Shown here in pieces: positions 9,747-20,647 of a stretch of DNA of 64,000 nucleotides. Position 1 is the stretch's first letter; the number at the start of each line of letters is the position of its first letter. Origin of the DNA: a virus (taxonomy: Duplodnaviria; Heunggongvirae; Uroviricota; Caudoviricetes); the IMG/VR virus record IMGVR_UViG_3300044858_003749. One strand, given 5' to 3'. Under the pieces are notes generated by a model, which made no database searches, was not told the DNA's origin, and was given only the letters and a program-made list of their open reading frames with translations. Both the position numbers and the translations under genes were made by a program.

Positions 9747-10466
9747 TTGTATAAACCCAAACCACCAACTATATCACAATTAAAGGATAAGATTCTTCGC
9801 CCAGCGACGACATCTAATTATCAATGCTGGTTTCCACCGCCGCTTAGTATCAAACAATGGTTTGATGAAAAGAAACTTGCTGGTCTTGATATAAATTTTA
9901 ATGATGATACTTTTGAGATGATAAGTCTTAATTGTATGGAGGCCAATTTACCAGGCTCTACTTTTTTGACCAATGAAATCACCGATGATTATACTGGTGT
10001 AACCGAGCGGCATGTTTATCGTAGACAATATGATGACAGAGCGGATTTTACGTTTCAGGTTGATAATTCCGTAAACAATTCATCAATCAATTCTGCTAAT
10101 TATAGAGTCTTATTGTTTTTTGAACTTTGGATGCAATATATTGTTGATGAGCAAGAAGTATTAGGAATGAGAGATCCTAATTATTTCTATAGGGTGAACT
10201 ACCCCTATAAGTATCAGGCACCTTATATTATCATCAATAAGTTTGAGAAGGATTTTAGAGGTAACTACTTACAATATAAGTTTTTGCAAGCTTTTCCTAT
10301 TGCAGTTAACAGTATTCCAGTATCAAACGAATCTTCTCAGATTCTTAAATGTACTGTTTCTTTCGCATACACTCGTTATATTATTGATACATTCCCTTTA
10401 TCTGGATTACCCAAACCAAATACTCCAGCTAGAACTCGTGATAACTTCCCTCCACCACCAATCTAA
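9747..10466 (+). CDS. virion structural protein (hypothetical)
   Basis: 239-aa ORF at the start of the plus-strand structural module. Confidence 0.4.
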   Translation: MYKPKPPTISQLKDKILRPATTSNYQCWFPPPLSIKQWFDEKKLAGLDINFNDDTFEMISLNCMEANLPGSTFLTNEITDDYTGVTERHVYRRQYDDRADFTFQVDNSVNNSSINSANYRVLLFFELWMQYIVDEQEVLGMRDPNYFYRVNYPYKYQAPYIIINKFEKDFRGNYLQYKFLQAFPIAVNSIPVSNESSQILKCTVSFAYTRYIIDTFPLSGLPKPNTPARTRDNFPPPPI

Positions 10467-10485
10467 ATAAAACGTCATAATTTAG

Positions 10486-11283
10486 TTGTTGTTTATGTCG
10501 GTTATTCCCGCTCCAATTTATCCTACTTATGAGATCGTAATTCCATCTCTAAAAAAGAAAGTAAAATATCGCCCCTATATTGCCAGAGAAGAAAAAGTTT
10601 TAACAATCGCATTAGAAAGTAAAGATCCTGAGGAGATGATAAATGCGATTAAAATTATTATTAAAAATTGCATTCAAACAAAAGACATTGATGTTGATAA
10701 GCTTGCCGTTTTTGATATTGAATATCTCTTTTTAAACATCAGAGCAAAAGCCGCTGGTGAAGAAATTGATTTGCAGGTTTTATATCCAGACGGAGCCGAA
10801 GAAGGTGAGGACGACCTTTATATCCGTGTGAAGTTAAACGTATCAGATATAAAAGTAATAGAGACAAAAGGTCACACTAATATTGTTGATCTTGGTAATG
10901 ATATGAAACTGTTTATGAAATATCCGTCTTTTGATTATTTCGTTAACGACCAGTTTATGTTAACCGACGTTGAAAAAATGTCACTTGATGAGAAATTTGA
11001 TAAAGGTTATGAGGTTTTGGCTTCTTGTGTAGATAAGATTTGTTATGGTGAAGATGTTTGGTTATCCGATGATGTTGGTAGAGAAGAAGTCGTTGATTTT
11101 CTGTGGAAATTAACCTCCAAACAACTTGAAAAGTTACAGAATTTCTTAGATACTATGCCTCAGATGAAACATGAGATTAAACTAAAACACCCAACCCGAA
11201 CCGTTATTGATGAGAAGACGGGTGAAGAAGTTCCAGAAGAAACTAAAATCACTCTAAACGGTATCATTGATTTTTTTATCTAG
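10486..11283 (+). CDS. virion structural protein (hypothetical)
   Basis: 265-aa ORF. Confidence 0.4.
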   Translation: MLFMSVIPAPIYPTYEIVIPSLKKKVKYRPYIAREEKVLTIALESKDPEEMINAIKIIIKNCIQTKDIDVDKLAVFDIEYLFLNIRAKAAGEEIDLQVLYPDGAEEGEDDLYIRVKLNVSDIKVIETKGHTNIVDLGNDMKLFMKYPSFDYFVNDQFMLTDVEKMSLDEKFDKGYEVLASCVDKICYGEDVWLSDDVGREEVVDFLWKLTSKQLEKLQNFLDTMPQMKHEIKLKHPTRTVIDEKTGEEVPEETKITLNGIIDFFI

Positions 11284-11469
11284 GGCTGTCTCATATCAAT
11301 TTAGAGACTTATTATAGACGCACATTTGCATTAGTACAATATCATAAATGGGATCCTATTTGGATGGATGATCTGATACCTTGGGAATTGGACGCTTATG
11401 TTGAACAACTAAAACAACATCTAGAAGAAGAAAGAGCGAAAAAAGCCCAACAACAGCATCAAATGTCCT

Positions 11470-11477
11470 CATAAATA
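11470..11477 (+). promoter_or_regulatory. late-promoter-like box CATAAATA
   Basis: An ATAAATA box about 24 nt upstream of the 11501 ATG, within an AT-rich spacer. Confidence 0.3.
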
Positions 11478-11500
11478 TAAAATAATTACGTTATTTTTTA

Positions 11501-14203
11501 ATGCCCGCAGCCAGAGTAAGGCAACCAAAAATAGAGGATCTTAATCTATCCCCAGTTCAATTAGCAAAGGCCCAAGACTTTGTTGAAGAGCTAGGAATAG
11601 GTGCTAAAGATCCTCTTTATTATTATGCCTTATTGTGGTGTAAAGATAACGAAAAATCTAATGGTGATTATCTAAGCAATTCCGAAAGAAAAAAGTTTGA
11701 TTCGGAAATATTAAAGAAACGTAGAGGATCAATATCACTTAAGATTCTTGGTGATATCGCATTACTGGAAAGTGTAAAAAAAGAAACTAAGAATAGACAA
11801 CAGCAGACTTCAACAGATACCGCACAGCAGATTAGATCTGCTAAAACTAAGGTATTAAAAAAGAAGGCCCCGGCCAAGATTATTCCTCCTAAACTCACAC
11901 TTACCATTGATAAGACGGAAGTAGAGAAAGGTGAGTCTTATACTGTTAGCTGGAAAGCCGAAAATGCTATTACTGTTTCTAGATCAATCGGATTCTATCC
12001 CCGTATTCTAGATGTAGAATTAAGCGGGTCTAGGACTATTACTGCCGATAGAATTGGTAGTAAGACTTATGGTATTACTGTAAGAAGTTCTACAGGCAGA
12101 GGTGTATTTGCTACTGCTAAAATTCAGATTGTTGAAGTAAAAACAGTTGACGATCCAGTTCAGAAACCTCAACCAAAAACTCCTGGAGCACCAAGAGTTA
12201 TATCAAGAACATTATCAAGAAGTGGTGGTCCTGAAGATAGTAGTAGAGTTCTTAACGACATTAATAAATCCTTAGACACCATTCTAAAGATTCTCCAAAC
12301 TCAAAACATGCTTACGCAGAGTTTGGCTAAAATGCAACTCAAAGAAGCCGAAAACGAAAGACGTAGAAAAAAAGAATCTGTTTTAGAGTCTGTTAAAAAT
12401 ATAAGGCAAAAAGCGATGGAGAAAGCTTTTGCTCCTATTAAAAATATTTTTGAACAGATTTGGAAATTCATTTATTACACTCTTTTAGGAAGAGCTTTTA
12501 CTGAGTTTATACGATGGGCTGGTGACCCAAAGAATTCTGGTAAAATAAAATCAATATCTAGATTTCTTAAGGATTTCTGGTTTTATATTGGTGGCGCAGC
12601 AATGTTTTTCTTAACACCTCTTGGGTCTATGGTCAAGGGTGTTTATTCAACTATTAAATTCCTTAGTGGGTTGTTACTGAAAAGCCCGCTTTTACTTGGA
12701 TCTTCGGCTGTTGCTGGAATTGCAGTTTTAATGAATGAAATAACAGGACAAAGAGCTGCCGCACCACTTCAAGCAGAAAGAGCTGCAAGAGTTCAATCAG
12801 GAAAAACTATTGATATTCCTGGTGTTGATGTTATGAATGAAAAATATAAGACTCCTGGAATCGCAGGTAGAACTGGATACGGTTTATTGGGTGGTCTTGC
12901 TTATGGTGGAATAGTAACACCAGGAACAGGCATGACAGTAAAAGGTGCTGGTGTTGATACACAACTTGTTCCAATAAAAGACGGTGGTTCTGTAGTTTTA
13001 CAAAAAGGTGAAACCGTTCTACAGAAAGGCGCTAGAGAAAGAATGATGAGTGCGACAGGAATTGACCCACTTCTCTTTAACATCGGACCTAATGCCAATA
13101 AGCCAAGAACGATTGGATCTAAACTCACCGCCATGAGCACTGGTGGTATCGTTGGTGGTAAATCTCCAAGTTTGCTCAATTCACAAGCAAGACATATTTT
13201 AAACCGACTTATTAGAGGTGGTTTAACACCAACAGCAGCGGCTGGAATTGTTTCTAATATTGGTGTAGAAAGCGCCTATACTTATGACCCAAATACACAT
13301 CAAGGTGGTGGAGGTCCCGGCAGAGGATTAGTACAATGGGAAAAAGGTGGAAGATTTGATACTGACAATATTAATCTACAATCCTTTGCTAAGAGTAGAG
13401 GGAAGTCGTGGAATGATATGGACACTCAGATTGATTTTATATTACACGAGCTTAATACTCATCCAGAGTATAAGGCTGTTAAAAATAAAATCAATAAGAG
13501 CAAGAGTATTTCCGATGCAACGGGTATCTTTCTTAAGGAATATGAAAAAGCTGGAACACCACACATTGAAGATAGACTTAAAATTGGTTCTGAATTAGCA
13601 AAATCTGGATGGTTAAATCCACCAAAGAAAAAAGAATCAGTTAAATCCAAAAATTCTGGCTTTAATCCTCTCGCTTTGTTAGGTGGCTTCCCTAGGCCGG
13701 TTAGAGCTGAAGAAATGTCCAAACCGACTCGGCCTAAGGTAACACCAAAACCACAACCGAAACCCAAGTCACAGCAGCGGGCCTGGTGGGATCCTAGAGG
13801 TTTTATGGGTCTCAAAAAGGGTGGATTCGTCAGCGGATCACTTCCTGTCGTTGGTAGTGATCCTGAAGACAGACATATGGCATTATTGAAAGCGGGTGAA
13901 TACATTGTGCCTAAATTAACAGTCCAAAAATTGGGTGTAAATTTCTTTGATAATATCGTTTCAAATACCGATCCAAATTCTAATGCTGCAAGAGTATCAC
14001 CAATAAGTAGAGAATATGATATTCCAATGCCAGTATCTTCGTCTGGTGCTGGCGGCGCATTTATAACACTGCCACCGATTATGAAGAGTGCGATGGCGGA
14101 TTCAACAGAAACTTCAACAACAAGCGTTCCATCTTTTTCTGCTATTTCTCCAATGGGTAATGGTGTCAGAGGAATGTTAGCTGAAATTTATGGTATCGGT
14201 TGA
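11501..14203 (+). CDS. giant virion protein with a phage-tail-lysozyme-like domain (tape-measure or injected peptidoglycan hydrolase candidate)
   Basis: 900 aa. Hydrophobic TM-like segments (for example 'FWFYIGGAAMFFLTPLGSMVKG'). Motif 'AAGIVSNIGVESAYTYDP...GRGLVQWEKGGRFD' resembles the tail-lysozyme 'G..QW..R' core. Confidence 0.55.
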   Translation: MPAARVRQPKIEDLNLSPVQLAKAQDFVEELGIGAKDPLYYYALLWCKDNEKSNGDYLSNSERKKFDSEILKKRRGSISLKILGDIALLESVKKETKNRQQQTSTDTAQQIRSAKTKVLKKKAPAKIIPPKLTLTIDKTEVEKGESYTVSWKAENAITVSRSIGFYPRILDVELSGSRTITADRIGSKTYGITVRSSTGRGVFATAKIQIVEVKTVDDPVQKPQPKTPGAPRVISRTLSRSGGPEDSSRVLNDINKSLDTILKILQTQNMLTQSLAKMQLKEAENERRRKKESVLESVKNIRQKAMEKAFAPIKNIFEQIWKFIYYTLLGRAFTEFIRWAGDPKNSGKIKSISRFLKDFWFYIGGAAMFFLTPLGSMVKGVYSTIKFLSGLLLKSPLLLGSSAVAGIAVLMNEITGQRAAAPLQAERAARVQSGKTIDIPGVDVMNEKYKTPGIAGRTGYGLLGGLAYGGIVTPGTGMTVKGAGVDTQLVPIKDGGSVVLQKGETVLQKGARERMMSATGIDPLLFNIGPNANKPRTIGSKLTAMSTGGIVGGKSPSLLNSQARHILNRLIRGGLTPTAAAGIVSNIGVESAYTYDPNTHQGGGGPGRGLVQWEKGGRFDTDNINLQSFAKSRGKSWNDMDTQIDFILHELNTHPEYKAVKNKINKSKSISDATGIFLKEYEKAGTPHIEDRLKIGSELAKSGWLNPPKKKESVKSKNSGFNPLALLGGFPRPVRAEEMSKPTRPKVTPKPQPKPKSQQRAWWDPRGFMGLKKGGFVSGSLPVVGSDPEDRHMALLKAGEYIVPKLTVQKLGVNFFDNIVSNTDPNSNAARVSPISREYDIPMPVSSSGAGGAFITLPPIMKSAMADSTETSTTSVPSFSAISPMGNGVRGMLAEIYGIG

Positions 14204-16932
14204 TGTCCAATACTCCGGCAAAAGTTCTTACAAAAAGAGCAACGGTATTAAAAATAAGAAACAAAGTCCTTGCTATTGAGAAAGTATTCAAAAATAGTCT
14301 TGCTTATCAAATCGTATCAAAACAGAAAGATCAAAAACAAAAAATAAAAATAAGGATTCTTAACGGAGAAGAAGAGAGAAGAAAGAAGAAGAAATCCAAT
14401 CTAGAAAAAATAAGAAACAAACTATCCTTAAGAACTGGTGTCGGTGAAGGTGCTGCAAATTTTCTAACAAACACTCTTATGGGGTTTTTGTTTACTGCAA
14501 TTGTTCCTGCATTACCTAAACTTTCTGGTATTATTAACGCATTAAAACCCGCTGCATGGTTTGTATCGGTATTAACAAATCTTTTTCTTAATACAATCGG
14601 TGGTTTTATTGATACAGGTTATAAGCTACACGACACAATAAAAGGAACATCGGAAAACATCAAAAAGATTCCGATTAAGAAAGAATTTGATGATTTTCAA
14701 ACAACTTTATCTAAAAGCCTCGGATCTGTTGTTGACGTTGTTTATGGTATCACTGGCAGTAAACCACCAACTCAACAAGCAAAAGAACAAACTAAAAAAC
14801 CAGTAAAAGGTGCTGCGGTTGGTGGTCCAATTGCTTATACTCCACCGTCACGAAAACTTAAGAAATCACAGGAACTCAACATACCCAGAAAGCAAACAAT
14901 ACCCGAAACCAAAATCGGTAAAGATGTTGGAGGTGAAGGCAAAGTTAGAGAATTTTATGGTAGTCCGAAAGTTGGATTCGGTGGTATTCTTGGAATCTTT
15001 AAACCAAAAAATGCACCCCTAACAAAAACACCTGTTGACAGTATTTCAAATATTTCAAAAACCTTAAGAAGAAGAAATCTTCTTTTTGGTGACATTTCTA
15101 GTATTGGTTCTGATATCGCATTAGGACAAAAACCAAATAAGAATGTTTATAGGAATACTGCCAAAGACGTTATTGAGTTGGCCCAGATGATATCCGAGAA
15201 GCAACAAAATAGTGCTATAGCAATGGCTACTGGTGGATCTGTTCCTAGTAGATCCTTAACATTAGCTTCTCGTGGAAATGTTGTTGATGCTGTTGCTACT
15301 GTTATTCAAAAGTCTGTTGATGATCGGGTGAATCGGGCAATGGCGGATTTTAGGCGCCCTGTTGGTAAGGAGGAAATGTTAGAAGAAAATCAGAAACGAA
15401 CAGGTGGTGGCAGTTATGAATCAGGAGGTAGTTCTGGCGTCGCTGGTGGAATTTATGGCGGGTATCAACCTCGTGGTGAGATGGAAAAGAAAATATATGA
15501 TTATCTTACAAAAGAAAAGAAACTGAATGATATTCAGGCTCTTGGATTAATGGCTAACATTGAAAGAGAAAGTAGTTTTCGTCCTGGTATTAAAGAGAAA
15601 GGTGGAACTGGGCATGGCTTATTTCAATGGTCTCATGGAAGAATTGCGCCTTTTATTCGCGCAGTACCTGATTGGCAGACTAACTGGAAGGCTCAGATTG
15701 ATTATGCTTTGAGTGAACCAAAAACATTATCAGGAGTAAATCCCGGAGAATACGCTTCCAAAACTTTTGCGTCTGCTCAAGAAGCTGCTGATTGGTGGAT
15801 GAAAAAATGGGAAAGACCGAGGGATAAAATCTCCGGATCAAGAAAACATTCTGATTATCTTAAAGGTGTTCCGAAAGGTCCTACTGGAAGTGCCATGTTT
15901 AGGGCACCAGAAAGTGTAAAAAATTCTGAGGTTGAGGCTAAATCAAAGGGGTTTAGGACAGGGCTTAAAACGGGACCAGCCGGAAGAATAGGTTCTGGTA
16001 CGGAATATCACATTGATGCCAGATTTGTCACTGGATTAAAGTTGGACGACAAGATTAAAATGATAGATTCTATGGCATCTGCACATGCAGCCGAAGGATT
16101 TGTTATAGAGTTTTCGGGAAGAAATGTTTCTGGGATGAGATGGAATCCGAATGCCTCTCAAAGAGAAAAAGAATCACTTGCAAAAAAAGTTTTAGTCTCT
16201 CACTGGGCTGCTAGAGAAGGATATGAACCATTTGATTATTTTATTGTTAAATCATCTGCGAAAAATAGATCTCATAAAAGTGCAGAAGGATCTAATGTTA
16301 TGGCGCCAATAATTTCGGGTGGAACCTATGAATATCAAGAGCAACCGGGTGGTTATGGAAGATTTCTAATTTTGCGGGATAAAAATGGTAAAGTTTTAAT
16401 GAAGATTGGACATGGTGATTTGGGTGTACCATCACCAAGAGAATTAGGGCGAAGGTTTAATATGGATGAACTAGAAGAAAAATCTAGTGGTTTGGCAATG
16501 AAGGAAGGTAAACAGGGAGTAATAATTAATGGGAAATTTAAAGCCCGAAAATGGACAGATGAAGAGAATGAGAGATATAAACAAAATATTAAAAATCAGA
16601 ATGTACAACAACAACAAAAAACTAATGTAGATGACAAGAAAAAACAGAAAATAACACCAACTAATAAAAAAACCAAACCAGGACAAAACGAATCACAGCA
16701 ACCAAACCTATTAGAACAAGTCCGAAGTAACATTAAAAAAATAACGGGATTCAAAAAAGGCGGATCTGTTGGTAACATTTCAAACTATGCTTCGTATGAG
16801 AATACTGGCGGTTCTGTTGTCATTGCAATACAACCAATGATAATTCAAAAAGAAACACTTGTGGATCATAAGATTCCAGTATCTTTTCCTGTGCCTTCTC
16901 GTGTAAATAATAATACAAACTATAGAGCATAA
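14200..16932 (+). CDS. second giant virion protein with a tail-lysozyme-like domain
   Basis: 910 aa, overlapping the previous gene by 4 nt. Motif 'ALGLMANIERESSFRPG...GHGLFQWSHGR' is paralogous to the domain in the previous gene. It has a TM segment and a Lys/Gln-rich C-terminus. Confidence 0.55.
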   Translation: MMSNTPAKVLTKRATVLKIRNKVLAIEKVFKNSLAYQIVSKQKDQKQKIKIRILNGEEERRKKKKSNLEKIRNKLSLRTGVGEGAANFLTNTLMGFLFTAIVPALPKLSGIINALKPAAWFVSVLTNLFLNTIGGFIDTGYKLHDTIKGTSENIKKIPIKKEFDDFQTTLSKSLGSVVDVVYGITGSKPPTQQAKEQTKKPVKGAAVGGPIAYTPPSRKLKKSQELNIPRKQTIPETKIGKDVGGEGKVREFYGSPKVGFGGILGIFKPKNAPLTKTPVDSISNISKTLRRRNLLFGDISSIGSDIALGQKPNKNVYRNTAKDVIELAQMISEKQQNSAIAMATGGSVPSRSLTLASRGNVVDAVATVIQKSVDDRVNRAMADFRRPVGKEEMLEENQKRTGGGSYESGGSSGVAGGIYGGYQPRGEMEKKIYDYLTKEKKLNDIQALGLMANIERESSFRPGIKEKGGTGHGLFQWSHGRIAPFIRAVPDWQTNWKAQIDYALSEPKTLSGVNPGEYASKTFASAQEAADWWMKKWERPRDKISGSRKHSDYLKGVPKGPTGSAMFRAPESVKNSEVEAKSKGFRTGLKTGPAGRIGSGTEYHIDARFVTGLKLDDKIKMIDSMASAHAAEGFVIEFSGRNVSGMRWNPNASQREKESLAKKVLVSHWAAREGYEPFDYFIVKSSAKNRSHKSAEGSNVMAPIISGGTYEYQEQPGGYGRFLILRDKNGKVLMKIGHGDLGVPSPRELGRRFNMDELEEKSSGLAMKEGKQGVIINGKFKARKWTDEENERYKQNIKNQNVQQQQKTNVDDKKKQKITPTNKKTKPGQNESQQPNLLEQVRSNIKKITGFKKGGSVGNISNYASYENTGGSVVIAIQPMIIQKETLVDHKIPVSFPVPSRVNNNTNYRA

Positions 16933-18263
16933 TGGCTTTAAATCTCAGTGCTGCCGCTGGCTCAGCCCAACTTAAACAGTTTATTCTAGTCTCTAACGAA
17001 GACAAGGATGTTGATATTACTGGTGGCTTTGTTGAGATGACATTTTACCATAGCTGTTTAGATTATAGTACAAGAGTTACAGCTATTATTGGTGATACAG
17101 GTTATAGAGAATCTGGCGCATCGGTTGGTATATTTGAGAGAGACGATTTAAATCTAACTGCTGGAGAAAAAGCGACAATTCTAGCTGTTGATGGTTATGG
17201 TAATAAGTTGTCATTTTTGGGTGATTATCATCTAAGACTACAACAATTAAGAAATGTTGATGAGCATACAGGAAAAGCTATTTTCACTCTAGATTTTTAT
17301 TCAAAGGAATCTATTGATAATGAATTGGTAGATTGTAGAGTCACAAAAAGATACAATGGAAGAATTTCAGATTCCATTGAAAGTATATTAACAGAAACGC
17401 TTAAAACCTCAAAGAAACTTTACATTGATGAGACGGTAAATAAGTTTAATTTCTTAGGTAATATTGAGAAGCCTTTTTATAAGATTCCCTGGCTAGCATC
17501 TAAATCTATTCCCAATGTTCCTGGGGCAGTGGGTAAATATGCTGGTTATTTCTTTTATGAGACCCCGGACGATGGATTAGGTAATGGTGGTTATCACTTC
17601 AAATCCATTGACAAATTTTTCACACAAACACCGAAGAAAAAGCTAATTTTCAATAACACTCCCTATCTACCTTTTGGTTATGATGAGAAGATTCTTACTT
17701 ATTCAATCAACAATTCCGTTAATCTGGACAACACATTAAAAGTTGGATCACTAACAAAACCCATTATCAAAAGCTTTAATCCTTTCACCAAAGAATATAA
17801 AGAAGAAACATCCTTTAGTGATGTTGAAAGAATGGGTGATGAATATATGGGTGGAACAAGTCTTCCTTTTATCGCAAAGGATTTAGACTTATGGAACAAG
17901 TCAACAAAAATTTATACAAAATGGAAGCCTGTGGGAATTTTGCCGACTGGCTCTACATTAGAATCTCAGTTATCCGAAATAGAATCCGAAGATTGGGATA
18001 TTGAAGCGATTGAACGGCAAGCAAGATCTAGATACAATAACCTCTTCAACACCCGTCTAAATATTACCATTCCAGGTGACTTCTCAATTTATGCTGGTGA
18101 TGTTCTTTCCTGTGATTTCCCTGAATTATCAGGCAAAGCCGCGAAAATAGTCAGCAATAAAAAGAGTGGTAATTATCTGGTTATTGATGTAGCCCACAGA
18201 ATAACAAAAAACAATTCTTTTACAACAATCAATCTAGTTAGAGAATCTATTTACAAATCTTAA
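16932..18263 (+). CDS. baseplate hub-like structural protein (gp27-like position)
   Basis: 443 aa. It lies immediately upstream of the gp5-like spike gene. Confidence 0.4.
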   Translation: MALNLSAAAGSAQLKQFILVSNEDKDVDITGGFVEMTFYHSCLDYSTRVTAIIGDTGYRESGASVGIFERDDLNLTAGEKATILAVDGYGNKLSFLGDYHLRLQQLRNVDEHTGKAIFTLDFYSKESIDNELVDCRVTKRYNGRISDSIESILTETLKTSKKLYIDETVNKFNFLGNIEKPFYKIPWLASKSIPNVPGAVGKYAGYFFYETPDDGLGNGGYHFKSIDKFFTQTPKKKLIFNNTPYLPFGYDEKILTYSINNSVNLDNTLKVGSLTKPIIKSFNPFTKEYKEETSFSDVERMGDEYMGGTSLPFIAKDLDLWNKSTKIYTKWKPVGILPTGSTLESQLSEIESEDWDIEAIERQARSRYNNLFNTRLNITIPGDFSIYAGDVLSCDFPELSGKAAKIVSNKKSGNYLVIDVAHRITKNNSFTTINLVRESIYKS

Positions 18264-18267
18264 TTCC

Positions 18268-18477
18268 ATGGAAAATATTACAAATCACATTGAAGCTGAT
18301 AAAAAAGAACTGGATAATCCGGCTATCAGTCCACAAAGAAGGCGCCATATTTCTCAAGAGCTAGAATCACTTGAGCTTTATAGAGAGAAACATCCCAATG
18401 ACGATAAAGATCCTTCTCCATTGGAACTCTTTTGTAGTGAAAATCCAGATGCCTTAGAATGCAGAATTTATGAATGA
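18268..18477 (+). CDS. small hypothetical protein
   Basis: 69-aa ORF overlapping the start of the next gene. Confidence 0.3.
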   Translation: MENITNHIEADKKELDNPAISPQRRRHISQELESLELYREKHPNDDKDPSPLELFCSENPDALECRIYE

Positions 18478-20644
18478 TGCCCCAGGTGTTAATTCTACTT
18501 ATTGGTGGGTCGGTCAAGTTGTTGATGAAAAGAACTGGCAAAAATCTACTGCCGGTAAAATTCATAAACCAACCGACACAAAGGGAGAAGTTTTCTCATA
18601 TAAGGTCCGAATCGTAGGTAGACACACCACAGAAACTCCTGATATTGATCTACCAACAGCTTCTGTTGCATTGCCTGTAACGGCTGGTGGTGGATTAGCT
18701 GGTTCTGTTCAAACACCGAATGTACGGCAAGGATCTTATGTTATCGGTTTTTATCGTGACGGTAAAGATGGTAACGAGCCTTTTATCGCTTTCGTTCTTC
18801 CGATAAATCCAAAGACTCCTTTATTTCCTGGTAATCCTCAAACTGGATTTACAGCAAGAAGTGGATTCAATGGTGAGAACGGACAAAAGACGGTTTCCAC
18901 ATCCAATATTAGTATAAACCAAAACGGCACTACTCCAACGGAAAGTGTTGATCCCCATGTTTATTCTGTCAATAAGCGAGACCAATATGTTGACGGAAAA
19001 AGATTCTTTTATCTCCCGAAAACAAAAGCATGTGAAGGGCCATCAGGACCATTAAAAGGAATTCAAAAGAATCTCGGAGACGCAATAGCAACACTTAATC
19101 TAATAAAATCTGGAGTGTTAGGATCAACTTCTGATCTTCAAGGATTACTTGAAAATCAAATAAGTTCTTATCAAACCCAAATAACAGCATTAACAAAGAC
19201 TCTTATTGATTCAATGAGAAGTTTTGTTCTTAATAAGATCAATAATGAGCTTAGTTCAAAATTAGAAAAGTTTGAACCACAACTAAGAATAAAATACAGT
19301 AAGGATTTTGAATCGGCAAATGACATAGTTTTTTGCATCTTTCAAAAAATTCTTAATAAACTACCAAATCTTATCACATCACTATTCAATCAAATTATTG
19401 ATAAGTATATTAGCGCCCCTTTATGTGCTGCGGAGAATTTTGTTGCTGGAATATTATCGGATGTCTTCGGTGATTTATCTGATGGTATAAATTCGGCTCT
19501 GGCTTTTTCTGGTATAGGAAATATTCAAAATCAATTACTTTCAGGACTAGATGTTTTTATTGGTGTTCTAGAATTTTTGACTTGTGAAGAAGATTTGAAT
19601 TGTGAAATGCCAGACCAATGGAGCATTTTTGGTGGAGCGAAAAGAATTTTAGGTGATGTAAATGCCAAGGTTAATAAGAAAATAGAATCTCTTATTGATG
19701 ATCCAGAATCTTCCTCTTGTAATACGTCTCAACTTCCTTGTGGTCCACCGACAATAAATTTCATTAGCAATAGTGGAAGTGGTGCTGCTGGTAATCCTAT
19801 TGTAAGCGCAGCCGGATCCTTGTTAGGAATAGATTTGATTTCTGGTGGTAGAAATTATAATAATCCCCCGACTATAGAAATAACCGATAATTGTGGCAAT
19901 GGTGGCGGAGCCTCTGCCATGGCTATCATGAAAAACGACAATAGTGGAACCATTGATAAGATTGTTATTATTGACGGTGGAAGTGGTTATCTCCAATATC
20001 CAAATGGAAGCACCGGCGCAAATGGATTTACATTCTCAAATCCAGACGATACAATAATCTTTAATACCAATAGTGGCTATAACGTTTACTCCTGCAACAC
20101 GACTGTTAATGTCAATAAGAATGATCTAATATATCTTAAAACCTTGGCCTTTGTGGATGTTTATAGACAAGATGGTGAGATCTTACAAGAATTAATCGGC
20201 CTTGGTCCAACTATTCCAATCACAATAGAATATGACGGTACAATAACAACACCTCCATGTTCTGACACCATTCAAGATTTTAAAGGAGAATTTCCATCAA
20301 CCGATAGTTCTTATCCTGTTGTTCTGACAATTGATGATATTGCTCTTACTAATAGTGGTGCAAATTATAGTTCTGGTGATAAGATCATAATCTCCCCTTC
20401 AAATGGGGCAGAATTGAATGTTTATTTTGATAAAAATGGTGCGGTCAATAATGTGGTTGTTGTTAATGGTGGAATTGGCTTTACTGAGATTCCGACGATA
20501 ACGATAGAGAGTAAAACCGGATTTAATTCTGGCTTTATTCCCGTATTCAAGATTCTAAGAATTGGTGATCTTAAAGAAGACCAAGACAAGATTCCTCTGA
20601 ATACACCGACCATAAATGTTATAGATTGTGTGGGGGTCGTATAA
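18470..20644 (+). CDS. baseplate central spike-like protein (gp5/VgrG-like OB N-domain plus Gly-rich beta repeats)
   Basis: N-terminal 'YWWVGQVVDEK...VRIVGRHT...GSYVIGFYRDGKDGNEPF' resembles a gp5-type OB fold. The C-terminal half has GGSGY/NGGIGF repeats. Confidence 0.45.
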   Translation: MNDAPGVNSTYWWVGQVVDEKNWQKSTAGKIHKPTDTKGEVFSYKVRIVGRHTTETPDIDLPTASVALPVTAGGGLAGSVQTPNVRQGSYVIGFYRDGKDGNEPFIAFVLPINPKTPLFPGNPQTGFTARSGFNGENGQKTVSTSNISINQNGTTPTESVDPHVYSVNKRDQYVDGKRFFYLPKTKACEGPSGPLKGIQKNLGDAIATLNLIKSGVLGSTSDLQGLLENQISSYQTQITALTKTLIDSMRSFVLNKINNELSSKLEKFEPQLRIKYSKDFESANDIVFCIFQKILNKLPNLITSLFNQIIDKYISAPLCAAENFVAGILSDVFGDLSDGINSALAFSGIGNIQNQLLSGLDVFIGVLEFLTCEEDLNCEMPDQWSIFGGAKRILGDVNAKVNKKIESLIDDPESSSCNTSQLPCGPPTINFISNSGSGAAGNPIVSAAGSLLGIDLISGGRNYNNPPTIEITDNCGNGGGASAMAIMKNDNSGTIDKIVIIDGGSGYLQYPNGSTGANGFTFSNPDDTIIFNTNSGYNVYSCNTTVNVNKNDLIYLKTLAFVDVYRQDGEILQELIGLGPTIPITIEYDGTITTPPCSDTIQDFKGEFPSTDSSYPVVLTIDDIALTNSGANYSSGDKIIISPSNGAELNVYFDKNGAVNNVVVVNGGIGFTEIPTITIESKTGFNSGFIPVFKILRIGDLKEDQDKIPLNTPTINVIDCVGVV

Positions 20645-20647
20645 GTT

